A stretch of 63,714 bases of DNA, filler included, from Conidiobolus incongruus B7586 (taxonomy: Eukaryota): assembly GCA_000697335.1 (NCBI GenBank). It is 20 parts of 20 records of this genome, joined end to end, with 100 filler letters (N's around TTAATTAATTAA, not from the genome) between each part and the next. Parts side by side here need not be neighbours in the genome. Positions count along the whole stretch, not along the records: positions 1 to 1,875 come from JNEM01004251.1; positions 1,976 to 3,542 come from JNEM01004252.1; positions 3,643 to 8,751 come from JNEM01004254.1; positions 8,852 to 15,416 come from JNEM01004256.1; 16 more parts are not named here. One strand, 5' to 3'. The first letter of the stretch is position 1. Each line of letters starts with the position of its first letter. The position numbers and the translations under genes were made by a program. Below are positions 1 to 12,854 of the stretch, piece by piece. Below the pieces are notes generated by a model that saw nothing but the letters and a program-made list of their open reading frames with translations, made no database searches and was not told the DNA's origin.

Positions 1-1875
1 GAATATCATAATATTATATATATAAATATTATTTTAAAAGTCTATAAATTTATCTTTTTTATATTTTAAATAAAATTAATTAAATTAAAATTTAAAAATC
101 TATATTATTTTAATATAAAACTATAAAATATTTCACCTAATATTTACTATACAATTATGGCTAATAATGATATTATTATAAATAAACATAATGTAAAAAA
201 ATAATCATAAACTTTAATGATTAATAAATATATATATTTATTTATTTTTAATCCATTAAAAATTCATCTTTTATTTTTAATAATATTATATTTAATAATT
301 ATTTTTGATCCAATATAATAAGTTAATTTATAAATATTATTAATTTTATAAATAAATTACCTTTTAAATATAATATTAAACATAAAACTAAACTTTTTCC
401 TAATATATAAATATACTTGAAATTTACTTATTACTTATCTCTTAAATAATATTAAACTTCAAAAAAATTATAAAAATTACTTGAAAATATATATTTTAAA
501 CCTTCTGCTTTTTTATTAATATCTCTTATTTATTTTATATAAAATGTTAATAATGGTGAAAAATAATATATTGATAATTTTTTTTTAAATTTTAAACTTA
601 TTAAGGTTAAAACTATATTGTTAAACTTATATGATATTAAAGATAAATTACTTATATTAACTATATTGATTATATTAAATATTTAAAATAAATTTTATAA
701 CATTAAAGTTAAAAAAATTCTATTCCCTTAATTATTTTTAATACTCATTTAAGCTATTATAAATTCACTATTATAGATTTTAAATTATTTAATACCTTTG
801 TGATTTTAATTTGATTTATCAATTTCCTTTTTAATCTTGTTTTTGATCATTTTATTTTTAAATATCTGAATAATATCTTAATTTATTAAAAATTCAAACA
901 GAATATATTTAATATATTAATAAAATTAATAAATTATTCAGAAACATAAATTATCTTTAAAGATATAAAAATATATTTTTAACACTATCTTTATCTTTTA
1001 TTGTAATTATAATATTTTCTTTTAAAGAGTTAAAATTAATTTAATTAAACTAAATAATCTTAAAGCTTTTATTATATTTATTAACCAAGATAAACTTATA
1101 TTTATACTTAGAATATTAAATTATTTTCATGATTTTATTTACTCTTTTGTTGAATTTATAACTCTTTTAATTAATCTCTTGAGAAAAGACTATTTTTTTA
1201 AACAAAGCCTATTATATACTTTTGGTATAAATATCCTAATCTTTTATATTACCAATATCTTTAATATATTTTTTTTTAATCTTAAACTTTTTATTATTAT
1301 TTTTATTAATTTTAATTTATTTAAAATTAGTAAATAGTTAACCTAATTTAAATTTAATTTATATTTTACCATTTAATTATAAGATAAAATAATAAATAAG
1401 AAAGAATAAGTTAAATTTAACTATATAAATATTATCTCAAAAATAATAATGTTTTGGTTAAGAAAAATAGAACTAATTATATTAAAATATCTAATTTATA
1501 AATAAGAACACTTTGCTTTAATAAAAATAATTAAAAATCATTTAAAATTCTTATTGTATAATTTGTTTTAATACTTATAAAATAAAAATTATTTATTTAA
1601 ATACTCAAAAGAATTGATTAAGAAGATAAGTTGAATTAAATAATATTATCTAAATTTATCCTTTTTTAATTTAAAACCTGTTAGGTTAATAAAATTATTG
1701 TATAGATATATTGTTAAAAAATCTTATATATTTATATTTCATTCTAATTATAAAAATCTAGTAAATTTTAACTCAAAGATTATTAATAAAAAAAATTTAT
1801 CAAATTTATTTTAAAAAATATTCTTAAAAATAATTTCTTTATTTTGATGAAAGAAAAATTTTCTAAATTATTAAA

Positions 1876-1975
1876 NNNNNNNNNNNNNNNNNNNNNNNNN
1901 NNNNNNNNNNNNNNNNNNNTTAATTAATTAANNNNNNNNNNNNNNNNNNNNNNNNNNNNNNNNNNNNNNNNNNNN
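1876..1975. other. Artificial assembly linker N44-TTAATTAATTAA-N44 (first of 19; others start at 3543, 8752, 15417, 21049, 26963, 32474, 36929, 42231, 43952, 45553, 49387, 50979, 52703, 55451, 56593, 57952, 60617, 62269)
   Basis: The same 100-bp block occurs at every gap. The palindromic core puts TAA stops in all six frames. Confidence 0.97.
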
Positions 1976-3505
1976 AAAATATATATATTTAAATTAATAA
2001 TTAAAAATTATATATATTAAATTACCTAAAATTATAATATATAATTATAATATATTATTTTATAAAAAATAAATATATTTAAATATATTTAGTAAACTAT
2101 TAGGAAGAATATTTACTGTTAATATTTAATTAAAATAAGTTATAAATATGTGGGTTTTTAAGATAAAAGGATATATTTAATAATATATAACTATATTTTT
2201 TTTCTCTCTTTGTTACTATTTTATATAATGTTTTATAGATATATTAACTTCTTTTTATTAGTATTATTATACTTAAATCTTTTTTCAAAAAAACTCAAGT
2301 ATATATTTATTATCTTTATAAAATACTTAAATTAACCAATAATATTGCTAGAATTAATAGTGTTAACTATTTTACTATAGTTAAAACTATTGAGAATAAT
2401 AATAAAAGTATATTTAAACTTAAATGTGTTAAAATTATAGATGAATATAATAAAAAGTATATCTAAGGTTAATTAATATAAACAAATGTAATATTATTAT
2501 AGAAATATAACAGGAACTATAAAACTATATAAAAATATTTATTAATATTCATACTATTATATATACTTTATATTAGCATAAATATCATTTATATCTTAAG
2601 AAAAATCACCTTTGATTAAAAAAAAACTATTATAAAGCTAAATAAAAGTTTAAATATAATTATTAATATTAAACTACAATTAATTAGAATAAAGTTATTT
2701 AAATTAATAAAATAAAAATATATTTTAATAAATTTAATAACAACGCTAGATAATTTAGAAAAGATATAAAATTGTTTTATAACCATTATGTTAATTTTTC
2801 TCAAAAGTATAATAATAATTAAATATTATTTATGGATTTATATTATCTTTAAATATAAAATATCTTTATAAAATTAAAATATGAACTAATATTGAGATAT
2901 ATTAAAGTATTTTAAATAATAAATTAAAAAAACCATTGAATGATATAGGTTAAATAAATCTAATATTATTTTCCAATAAAATAATACCTTTTGTTATTTT
3001 ATAACTTTTAATAACAAATAGGTTACAAATAATAAGATAGTAGTTATGAAGTAGTTTTCTCAATCTTTTAATTTTAATTAAATTAAATACCTTTGGGATA
3101 AATTAAAAAAAGTTATTAAAGCTTTCCTAATAACAAGAGATTTAAATTAGCTTTAAAATATATTTAAGAAGTATAGAACAAAATTAACACTTTTTAATAT
3201 AAAAAGTTAATTAACTTTATACCCCACAAACTTAAAAAAATTAGAAAAGTTAAAAGTAGATATATTAGGTTTTAATTTTTTTTATCACTAAAAATTTATA
3301 AATTTATTACTCACCTTAGGTAAAATTTGAAAATTTATTTTTTTAGCTAAATAATAACTAAATATCATCATTTAATGATATATATTATTAATAAATATAG
3401 TATATTTTAATTATTTAATTTAAGATTATTTTGATAAAAGTTAATTAAGTTATTAATAAGAAAATAAATGTTTTTGATTTTATGAATTATTTTTATAAAT
3501 TAATA
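1976..3505 (+). mobile_element. Degenerate Tc1 (DD34E) transposon, copy 1; left end lost in gap
   Basis: Colinear with copy 52818-54380. Relic motifs FQ*NNTFCY (FQQDNAPCH) and *FSQSFNFN*IKYLWD (WPPQSPDxNPIEHLWD). Right terminus ttttgattttatgaattatttttataaattaata is followed by TA. Confidence 0.9.
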
Positions 3506-3872
3506 TAATGGTTTTTTTATTTTATTTAAATTTTATCTTAATNNNNNNNNNNNNNNNNNNNNNNNNNNNNNNNNNNNNNNNNNNNNTTAATTAATTAANN
3601 NNNNNNNNNNNNNNNNNNNNNNNNNNNNNNNNNNNNNNNNNNTTAAATAATAATATATTAACTAAAATTAAATAAAATTTATTTTAATAAAATAATATAT
3701 AATTATTAATTATTATAATATAAATTCATTTATTTAGCAAATATTTAAATTACAGATTAATATATAAATAATTTTCCTATGATATATTTTTATAAATTAA
3801 TATATAAAATAATATTATTTATAGTTATAAGTTAGTGAATTTATTATTAATATTTTTTAATTTATATATTTA

Positions 3873-4150
3873 TATTAGGGTTTATACTAATATTATAAAG
3901 AGGGATCTTATATAGAGATATCAAATATTAGGTAAAAAAGCCAGAAATATAAGTAATTAATAAAGAAAAAAAAAGTTAGAATTAATAGAAATAGAGGAAA
4001 AGATCTATTTAGGAAAGCAATATATTTTAAATTTTTCAAACTTATTGAATTATGGTTTATAAAATGGATTTTCTAGAATATCATTAATTCTTAGGTTAAC
4101 CGATTAAATTATCCTTTTTATTAATTTTAAATATTATTTTAAATTCTAAA
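3873..4150. repeat. Dispersed repeat family A, copy 1 (solo-LTR-like); ends approximate
   Basis: Colinear with 4998-5272, e.g. atttaggaaagc...gattaaattatccttttt vs atttaagaaagt...gattaaaatatccttttt. Confidence 0.7.
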
Positions 4151-4461
4151 TTTTAGATTTATTAAGAAAGTTATTTAAACTAAATAATATTATTTAATAT
4201 AGTTTTAATTTATATATTTATTATAATATAATTATTTGAATATTAATATATTTTGTGTATATTATATGATAATTATAAATATTAATATTTTTATTTGAAT
4301 TTTAAATAAAAAACTATATTTATGTTAATTAATATATATTAATATAGAAATTAACTTTTATTTTTCTTTTGACAATATAGATAATAAAATTTATCTCAAT
4401 GTAAATCCAAGATATTAAATAAAGACTATATAAAAATCTTAAGTAATAAATAAATAAATAT

Positions 4462-4790
4462 TATTACAAGCTATATAACTACCTTTTACCCTAGTATTTC
4501 TATATCAATCTAATCATAAAGTTATTTCCAATCCTTATATCATTTACTCCCTTATTATTTTATAATTAGCTGATAAGTCACCTGACTGAATTTATAATAT
4601 ATCTAACCTAAATTAAAATCACTTTAAATAAAAGAATTTGATCTAGGTCCTTAAAGCTATTTAAATTTATATTAATCAACTTAATATCTTTTTAAACTTT
4701 GCTGGGAATTCCCCAGATAACTTTCTCTTATTTAAACCACTTTGCATATAGCTTTCCTAAAATATATTAATATTTCTAATTGGAATTATA
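4462..4790. repeat. Dispersed repeat family B, copy 1 (solo-LTR-like); right end approximate
   Basis: Direct repeat of 7310-7650: shares tatatcaatctaat(c/t)ataaagttatttcc, tctaggtcct, cccagat and actttgca(t/c)atagctttcc. Confidence 0.75.
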
Positions 4791-4997
4791 AATTATTTTT
4801 TGATAAAATATAAATAACAAAAATATAAATAATAAAAACATAGTATTAAAATTATATAATTGAAAATATTATTAATTATAATCTAATATTTGCATTAAGC
4901 CAAATGATAAAGATAAACCAAACAAAATAAGAATATTAATAAAAATATTTCTTATATATACTAATAAATTATAAGGATTATATAATATTTAAAATAA

Positions 4998-5272
4998 TGT
5001 GGAGCAGATTTCCTTATTAGAAGGAATTTTTCAAAAGATATACAATATCAGAGAAAGAGCCAATAAGGTAAATATAAGATGATAAAAGAGTAAAATGAAT
5101 AAAAATAAAAGAGAAGGTTTATTTAAGAAAGTCATAAGGTTTAAATATTTCAAATTTATCAAACTTTAGCTTATAAAGTGAATAATCTTGAATATTACCA
5201 GTTCTTGGGAGAAAGGATTAAAATATCCTTTTTAATAAATTTGAATATTGATTACTTTTAATTAATTCCAAA
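4998..5272. repeat. Dispersed repeat family A, copy 2 (solo-LTR-like), abutting the protease stop codon
   Basis: Homologous to 3873-4150. Begins TGTGGA and ends TCCAAA (near-inverted termini). No target-site duplication seen. Confidence 0.7.
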
Positions 5273-5273
5273 T

Positions 5274-6305
5274 CTATTTGTCTTTCATATTACCCTTGCT
5301 ATCTGGAAAAATCAATTTGTCTTCCGTATTATCTTTGCTATCGGGAAAAATCAATTTGTCTTTCGTATTACCTTTGCTATCTGGAAAAATCAATTTGTCT
5401 TTCATATTACTTTTGTTATCTGGAAAAATCAATTTGTCTTCCGTATTACCTTTACTATTTTCCTGAGGCGATTTACTGGAACCACCTCCGCGGTATTTAT
5501 TAATCCATTGAATATAATTGGCAATATTGGCATGAACTGAAACTGAACCAGGGCAAATATCTGGGCCAAAACTAACGACACCAACCAAAGTGTTACCATT
5601 GGATACTAAAGGACCCCCACTATCACCTGGACAAGCATTATCGCCATTACGTTGTGGAGCAACACAGATCATTTTAGAAGGTTTATATATTCTTCCAAAT
5701 ATTTGAGCACAAGCATTGCCATTAGAAACTCTCAAATCTACTTCCTTCAAAACCGGAGAGGTTGGTTCTCCTGTCCGAGTAATTCCCCATCCAAGAACTT
5801 TGGTGTTAGTTCCTTCTCTTGGGCTTTGAGTATTAAGTTGGATCATATTATCCATATTGGCTCCAGGAATGGCATTTGGATTGTTATTATTGATAACCAA
5901 AAGAGCAATGTCATTTTCTAAAGTTTCACCTTTGTAACCAGGATGAATAATGACTTGGGTAGCTTGGAATTTTACAGCTTTTTCTGAACTTTCAGCGGAT
6001 TTTAAATTATAACGATGGCCAACAACAATATAATCTGAAGCAGTTTGAGAGGTGATGGCATGGGCAGCAGTCACTACTAAATTACGACCAATGATGGTGC
6101 CACCAAACTTTTTTCTTCCATTGGTAATTAAGACCATGTAAGGATATTGAAAAGGTTTAGTCTGCTGACCACCAGAAATATAAGGGGTCCTAATGATTTC
6201 ACCTTCACCCTCAGTATTATTCATACCAAATGAAATAGCATCAAAGGGATCACCAAGCATAGCTAAGATAATAATAGAGTTAAATAACCAGTTTAAAAGA
6301 TTCAT
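5274..6305 (-). CDS. Secreted S1A (trypsin/chymotrypsin-fold) serine protease with a repetitive C-terminal tail, 343 aa, intronless
   Basis: Hydrophobic N-terminus, mature start ISGG, and intact catalytic triad motifs TAAH / ENDIALL / GDSGGP. Confidence 0.95.
   Translation of the reverse strand: MNLLNWLFNSIIILAMLGDPFDAISFGMNNTEGEGEIIRTPYISGGQQTKPFQYPYMVLITNGRKKFGGTIIGRNLVVTAAHAITSQTASDYIVVGHRYNLKSAESSEKAVKFQATQVIIHPGYKGETLENDIALLVINNNNPNAIPGANMDNMIQLNTQSPREGTNTKVLGWGITRTGEPTSPVLKEVDLRVSNGNACAQIFGRIYKPSKMICVAPQRNGDNACPGDSGGPLVSNGNTLVGVVSFGPDICPGSVSVHANIANYIQWINKYRGGGSSKSPQENSKGNTEDKLIFPDNKSNMKDKLIFPDSKGNTKDKLIFPDSKDNTEDKLIFPDSKGNMKDK
5277..5456 (-). repeat. 39-bp coding tandem repeat, ~4.6 units of (S/N)K(G/S/D)N(T/M)(E/K)DKLIFPD
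   Basis: ggaaaaatcaatttgtctt recurs at 39-bp spacing, and the 13-aa unit is visible in the translation. Confidence 0.97.
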
Positions 6306-7309
6306 GATTTAATTCTTAGTCAGTTAGTTTTAATTAATCTAAATTTATTCAAAGTTGAGGTATATATACTAATTTCAAGACTATAACAAAAATTGATAAA
6401 TATAATATATCAAACCTCTTAAAACAATATTTTCAACTATGGCGTTAATGTTAGCAGTCAATATGTATGGTAATATCAGAAAGTATGCGCCTTTTGTTAG
6501 TTTAATGATGAATTTATATAAACAAACAATAATCTAGAATGTTATTTTAGTTCTTTGATTAAAGAATTAAAGTGAAGAAATTGTTTTAAAATACTCGAAA
6601 ATAATATATTTTGATTAGTATTAGATCTAATATATAAAATTCAATAAAAAACAAATCAATTATAAAATTTTTACCTAAATTAAATTTTTATATTAATAAG
6701 TAAAACAATAAGAAATGCTTTTTTAATCAAACTTAAAGTTAATTATATTGTCATGATAATGATGATAAGTTAAAATAACTAATTATGTGATGTATTAATA
6801 AAGCAAATGACTATATCAATATTAGGATAAAAAGATGTTAATAAATCAAAAAAGCAATTAAATTAATAAAAATATAATAATTACTTAGTTAATTTTTAAT
6901 TATTATATATAATATGTCTAAATATTTCAATAATAATAAAATAATATATAGAGTTTAAAATTTTTCTGTTTTATTATATTATTATAATTTTCTATAACTT
7001 TATAATAATGTGAAAAAACATTTTATAATTATCTATCAAGGATAAATTATATTCATATATTATCTTCATTATTATCAATTAAATTTTATTAGTTAATTTA
7101 ATATATATATAATTTAACCCAAAAATTATATAAATATTGAGGATATATAGCTTTATATAATAGGAAATAATTAATATATATTTATATAAAAATCAAATAT
7201 TTATCTTATATTTTTGTAATTATATCTAGATATTTATTGGAATCAATAGTTTATTTTAAGTTAGTATTTAAATACTAGCTTAAAAAGAATTAATTAAATC
7301 AAAAAATAC

Positions 7310-7650
7310 TGTCATAAATTAGGTGGCTACCTTTCACCTAAATATTTTTATATCAATCTAATTATAAAGTTATTTCCCCTTTTATATCATTTGTTCCTAT
7401 TTTATCTTTTAATATATTATTGGTGCAAGTCACTAGAGAATTCTATGAATTACCTCACTCAACTCACTTTATAAAAACCCATAATTAGAGCTATCCTTAA
7501 AGGGTTAAGTTTGGTCTAGGTCCTAATAGTTTTTTGTCTTAAATCAATAAACCTCTTATCTTACTATCACCTACTCAGAACTTCCCAGATCTCTCTTTCA
7601 AATCTAAATTACTTTGCACATAGCTTTCCCAAATTTTGTAATTATTAATT
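7310..7650. repeat. Dispersed repeat family B, copy 2 (solo-LTR-like); right end approximate
   Basis: Homologous to 4462-4790. Starts TGTCA like an LTR, where copy 1 has the AT-shifted TATTA. Confidence 0.75.
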
Positions 7651-10600
7651 GAACCCAATATTATGCTTGAAAAAGTCCAATATTGCCGAATGCAATGTAA
7701 TGAGAAATGTGGATCATAATAATGTCAAATTTGGTTAAATTGCATTTATTTATTAACTTTGATTTATTGTTACATGAAATCAATTAAATAAATTATAATT
7801 AATTTCATATTTAATTTGTAAAAAATCGGTAATTTTAAAAATATACAGTTTTCAAAAAAATAATATTAGTCTTAAACAATATGGCAAGTTTTTTTTATAA
7901 TTTTTAAAACTATGTTATATTAAGAAAAATGAAAAAAATTAATTATATATGATAATTATTATTCTCATAACGTATATAAATATTTATCTTTTATAATTCT
8001 CACACTTAATAATAATGATCAAAAGTTTTATAGTATAAAATAACCATATTATTTTTTAAATTATTTGATATTAAAAATAAAATTGTTTTAATAAAAAATA
8101 TAAAAAATTTTATATATTCTTCTATATTATATATTTAATTATAAATTTTACAATAGATTTTCAATATTAATATTAATTATATAAATTCAAATTATTTATT
8201 TAATATATTAAATTAGTTTCTTAGTTTAACTTTTTTTTTAATTTTGATTATTATTATATATAAAAATATAATTATTATTCTTTTATATATCAATATTATC
8301 TAATATATATTATTGAATATATGTATCAAGAAAGAGAAGTTATGTTTTGTTAATAAATAATGTTTTGATTAGATATAACTAATATTTTAATTGGATTTTT
8401 CATAATATAAATATATGTTGTTTGTTTGATAATAAAGAGGTCTTTTATAGCTAAAATATTATTTTTGGTATTGCTTTATTTAAATTAAATCTTATACAAT
8501 CTTTTATTTTGTTTTGAAAGAATAACTTCCAAAAAAAATAACTTAGATATAATTTTTCATTATCCCAAAACTTGTGGAACTATAAACAATGGAGTTTTAC
8601 CAAATATATCTAATATAGTAATGTTTTATTATAATTAATATAATAACTAATAATGAATTTTATTTTATTAATTTTTATATTAATATACTTTAAAAAATTT
8701 TGTTTATAATATATTAACTTTATTATCATTAATTATATATAATAATTATGANNNNNNNNNNNNNNNNNNNNNNNNNNNNNNNNNNNNNNNNNNNNTTAAT
8801 TAATTAANNNNNNNNNNNNNNNNNNNNNNNNNNNNNNNNNNNNNNNNNNNNAAAATATTTATTTTATAATTTAAAGATAATAACAATTTAATATTATAAT
8901 AAATATTAAAAATAATTTTTATAATATTTTAAATTATATTATATTATTAGTAGAATTGCTTATATAAAAAAACACCATATATTTTATCAATAATCAAATA
9001 TATTTTCAGATAAATATTATAAATCTCAAATTGATAATTTATGCTAATTATTGAAAATATATAATAATTAAATAATTGGAGTTATGATATTAATAAAATA
9101 TAATATTTAATATTTTTATTATTAAGTATTATTTTATCTATTCAACTATAGCTTATTTTCAAAATCCTATAATTAAATAATCTTTATATTATCCAAAAAA
9201 CATATTTCAAATATTAATTATTTTAACTATAGCAAAAATCAGTGATTACTATTTTTGATATATAATCTATATAAATAATGGATATAGATATTTTTAATAA
9301 TTAATTATATTCTAAATATTTGATATTCTTGAAATAATGAGTACTTTATTGAAATTATTCAGCTTATAAAATATTTATGCTAGATTTTTGCATTAAACAG
9401 TTATATATCAAAATCATGACAGATAGCTTGTTTTTATTATCTCAGGCTATCAAATCTTATCAATATTGCTGATATCAAATATTAAAATCTATTTATCAAA
9501 GGTTTTGATATAATAAGCCATTAAATGTCAAATTTTAAAGTGGTGAATGATTATAATTATTAGGCCATTAATATTTATAATGCATATAAAATATAATAAT
9601 GTATATCAATATAAAAAAATAGATTGTAGCCAATATATAATATATTTGAAATTCTCATTCTAATTTATATTTTAAAACTCAGTAAAAATTGAGTTATTAT
9701 ATAGCTTTTATACAAATATTTGATGATCTTTATGAATAAACATTCGTCAATAGATGATGATATCATTAGCATTGTGTATAAATCAAACGATATTTTAAAT
9801 AATCGCAGATAAATATTCCCTATTTTGATTTGAAAATTTATTGAAATAGTTTTATTAATATGATTTAATGAATTTTGATACACAACACTTGTACAACTTT
9901 CTGCGAATAAATTGATTAATTATTATGAAAAAATTCTTAGTTGTTTACGTCATTAATAATTCATCCATTTAATATTTTTAGAATTTAATATTATATTTTA
10001 TAAAATTCATTTTCATTAATTATTCAATATAATTTTTTAAAGATATACTTAATCAGTAAATCAATCCACTTATGATATATTTTGTTAATAATTTTTTTTG
10101 AATAGAGATTTCATGAGCCATTTGATTAATGCTAAATTCAATCTGAATATAATTATTTTAATACTAGTGATAATATTTTATTGATTGTTTAATATTTTAA
10201 TTTTCTAATATACATTCAAAGCTCTACAACATATTTCCTAACAGGTTATTTGAATCACGTTCTAGCACAACAAATATATTAACCAATATATAGAACACTT
10301 TTATCCAGTCATCTTAGTCACCAGCTTGAAAATCAATCAAAGCAAAATTAAGGATTATGAAATTCTTAATTTAGAATTTTTAAAAAAATTTATATTGTCC
10401 ATATAAGAAATTATATAATTTCTATTTGGAATGATACTTGGTATATTAAAATATTTGATTAATTAAGTAATATGAATATATTTTATGAAGCGCATTAATT
10501 GTGATTATATGATTTAATCTTAAATATCAAAAATAAAATCATTGAATCTAAAAATTTGAGATAATTATTATGAATATTCAATATTAATGACAGCTTTAAA

Positions 10601-11020
10601 TGATTGATATAAAATGATTATTTATTAGTTTAAATTAATATATAAATAAATATATGAGAAGTCATTTATACAAAATATACACTGAATTGGTTAATATGAA
10701 ATTACAATAATGTTGATGCGGGTAATGATGAGGATTGATAAAATGATTACGTAGCAAATGTAATTTATGCGCCCATTATTCACATTCATTGAAACCAGAT
10801 CCTTTCATTCGTTTATGATGATGAATGATCAATGCTAACTGAGTCTCAAACTTCAGTACAATCTATGTTTCTATTGGTTTGTTGATGCGAAAAGCGGATC
10901 GGAGAAGAGCTATTATGACTGGGATCAGTCTTTTGAGGCAACTATAAGGATATCTCCAGCCTTGGTCTCGAAAGTTGTATCAATGAACCTCTTGAAAGTT
11001 CAAGAGATAAATACAGTCAA

Positions 11021-11733
11021 TTAGAGAAGCATACAAGATCCAAATTTGACACGAAGTTTAGGTTGTTTTAAACAGGCTTTCGTTGCTGCTTGGAAGACAG
11101 CAGTGACACCTTCTCCAGTTCGAGAAGAACATTCCAAATATTTGATAGATCTAATATGATTTCTTAACTTAACTCCTTGTTCAAAAGTGATGGGAGATTG
11201 ATTATTATCAGAAAGCTGTTTAAGAGTGGTAGGATCTGTTTTAAGATCAGATTTGAGTCCTACTAAAATAGTAGGAACTCCTTCGCAGAAATGTTGTACC
11301 TCGGGATACCATTTGTTGATAACATTTTCATAGGAAAGAGGTGAGACTAAAGAGAAAGTGACAAGAAGCACATCAGTATCTGGATAAGATAGAGGTCTGA
11401 GTCGATCATAATCTTCTTGACCAGCTGTGTCCCATAGAGCAAGCTGAACTTTCTTTCCGTCAACGATCACGTTGACAATTCTATTTTCAAATACAGTAGG
11501 AATATATCTCTATTATAAAGATTAGTACAAGTAATAGTGATCAAAATGAATGACAAACCTCAGGAAATACATTTTCAGTAAATACAGTCAGGAGACAGGT
11601 TTTGCCACAACCACCATCCCCTACGATGACTAACTTCCGACGGGTATCGGGAATAGGATTGCGATTTAACTATATGATATATTAGAATTATCATAAGAAT
11701 ATATAAAAGTTATATATATACTTTAGAAGACAT
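11021..11733 (-). CDS. RHO4: Rho-family small GTPase, Rho4-type, 203 aa; exons 11733-11722, 11669-11559, 11509-11021
   Basis: Spliced frame [28 protein letters not shown]...[12 protein letters not shown]...[18 protein letters not shown]...CMLL (CAAX). GT-AG introns keep the frame. GDGGCGKT is typical of fungal Rho4. Family is certain; subfamily is less so. Confidence 0.9.
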
Positions 11734-12804
11734 TACGGATTGGAATGTGAGACAAAGCCTAATGTTTCAACAAGTAAAAATTGAAGAGGGTATGCACAAC
11801 AAAGCCAATTTTTACCAAGCACGAGTAAGTAACTCAAAGAAAGAGCAGCTGGGTGATTTAAATATCAATTTTTTAATTCCATCATTTTAAATGATTCCAT
11901 AGTACTCAGATTAATTTGGCCTACCACACTCTCTTCTATCAATTAACGTGATTGGAAGTGAGGATTAAATAGTATTGGATTCAAACTGGTTTTCTCCTTC
12001 TTCCAAATATGATTTCGCGATATTGTCATCTTTTTGTTGAATTGAATGTGAAAACTAAATATTTTCTGATATATAACTGAGTGTGATTGGGCCAAGATCA
12101 TCCAATATTTGATGAACAGCCCAATCCCTCATTCACTTTATATCGATTTATATCTTTGAATTGTATTTGTAACTATGATCTAATAACTCCGCAAATTCAT
12201 TATATCTACATCCAATAGCATAAATTTAGATTGAATAGCGTAGTTTGGATGATATTTCTGAATACAAAACCAGATATTATATCTTTTTTAAATAATTGCT
12301 TTTTTATATATTAAATAATTAATTAATATTCTATTATAATTTCACTCAAATTTTCAAATTCAAATAACTTCGATATCTAGTGCACTGTGTATAGTGAATC
12401 AGCTACCTCCAAAATCAAATTATATTATATCTCATAGTCAACATATTTGAAATGATGACGTATCATTTCATAGCTTATCAAACATCGATTTGAAATAAAT
12501 TCAACACAAATAATTTGAATACTGATTGATCCATTTGATCTTTTGAAATCAACCTTACCTTTGGTTGAACAGTCCATTAGTATGGTTATGCTTTATTATG
12601 AATTATCATAGTTGTTGATTTTTTAAGGATCTGATTATCATCGATGATATTAGAGCTTATTTAAATATAACTTAGTATTCAACAATTGATAATATATCAA
12701 ATTCTTACTTGATTGGCTAATATTGAAATCAAAATGAAATATTTCTCAAGTATAGATTAATTATTATGCTATAGTTACTTCATAATGTAGTATGGTACTA
12801 CTAA

Positions 12805-12851
<47 letters not shown>
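12805..12851. repeat. (ATT)n microsatellite
   Basis: About 15 uninterrupted ATT units. Confidence 0.95.

Positions 12852-12854
<3 letters not shown>

Noticed and set aside
1..1875. Possible retroelement relics (DIYTKS-like on the minus strand near 1230; KLN...YP-like on the plus strand near 1630)
   Set aside because: The texture resembles mutated transposon DNA, but the motifs are too short and frameshifted to call.
2616..2804. ORFs 2616-2804, 50716-50910 and 62485-62721
   Set aside because: I/L/K/N/F-rich chance frames. Two lie inside Tc1 relics and the third in similar AT-saturated DNA.
5278..5921. Plus-strand ORFs 5278-5466 and 5652-5921, and similar shadow or off-frame ORFs at 16551, 28846, 28955, 35116, 39399 and 39837
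   Set aside because: Antisense or alternative frames of the genes and pseudogene called above.
9665..9883. ORF 9665-9883 and repeat-C ORFs 41219-41443 and 48760-48957
   Set aside because: Non-ATG starts and no motifs. The latter two lie in a dispersed repeat on opposite strands, so no frame is conserved.
10725..10842. C/D-box snoRNA candidate (ATGATGA...ATGATGA...CTGA) downstream of the Rho gene
   Set aside because: No terminal stem or recognisable rRNA guide, and such boxes are common by chance in AT-rich DNA.
10989..11006. Hairpin ctcttgaa-ag-ttcaagag just past the Rho stop codon
   Set aside because: A single short stem is expected by chance, and bacterial-type terminators are irrelevant in a eukaryote.
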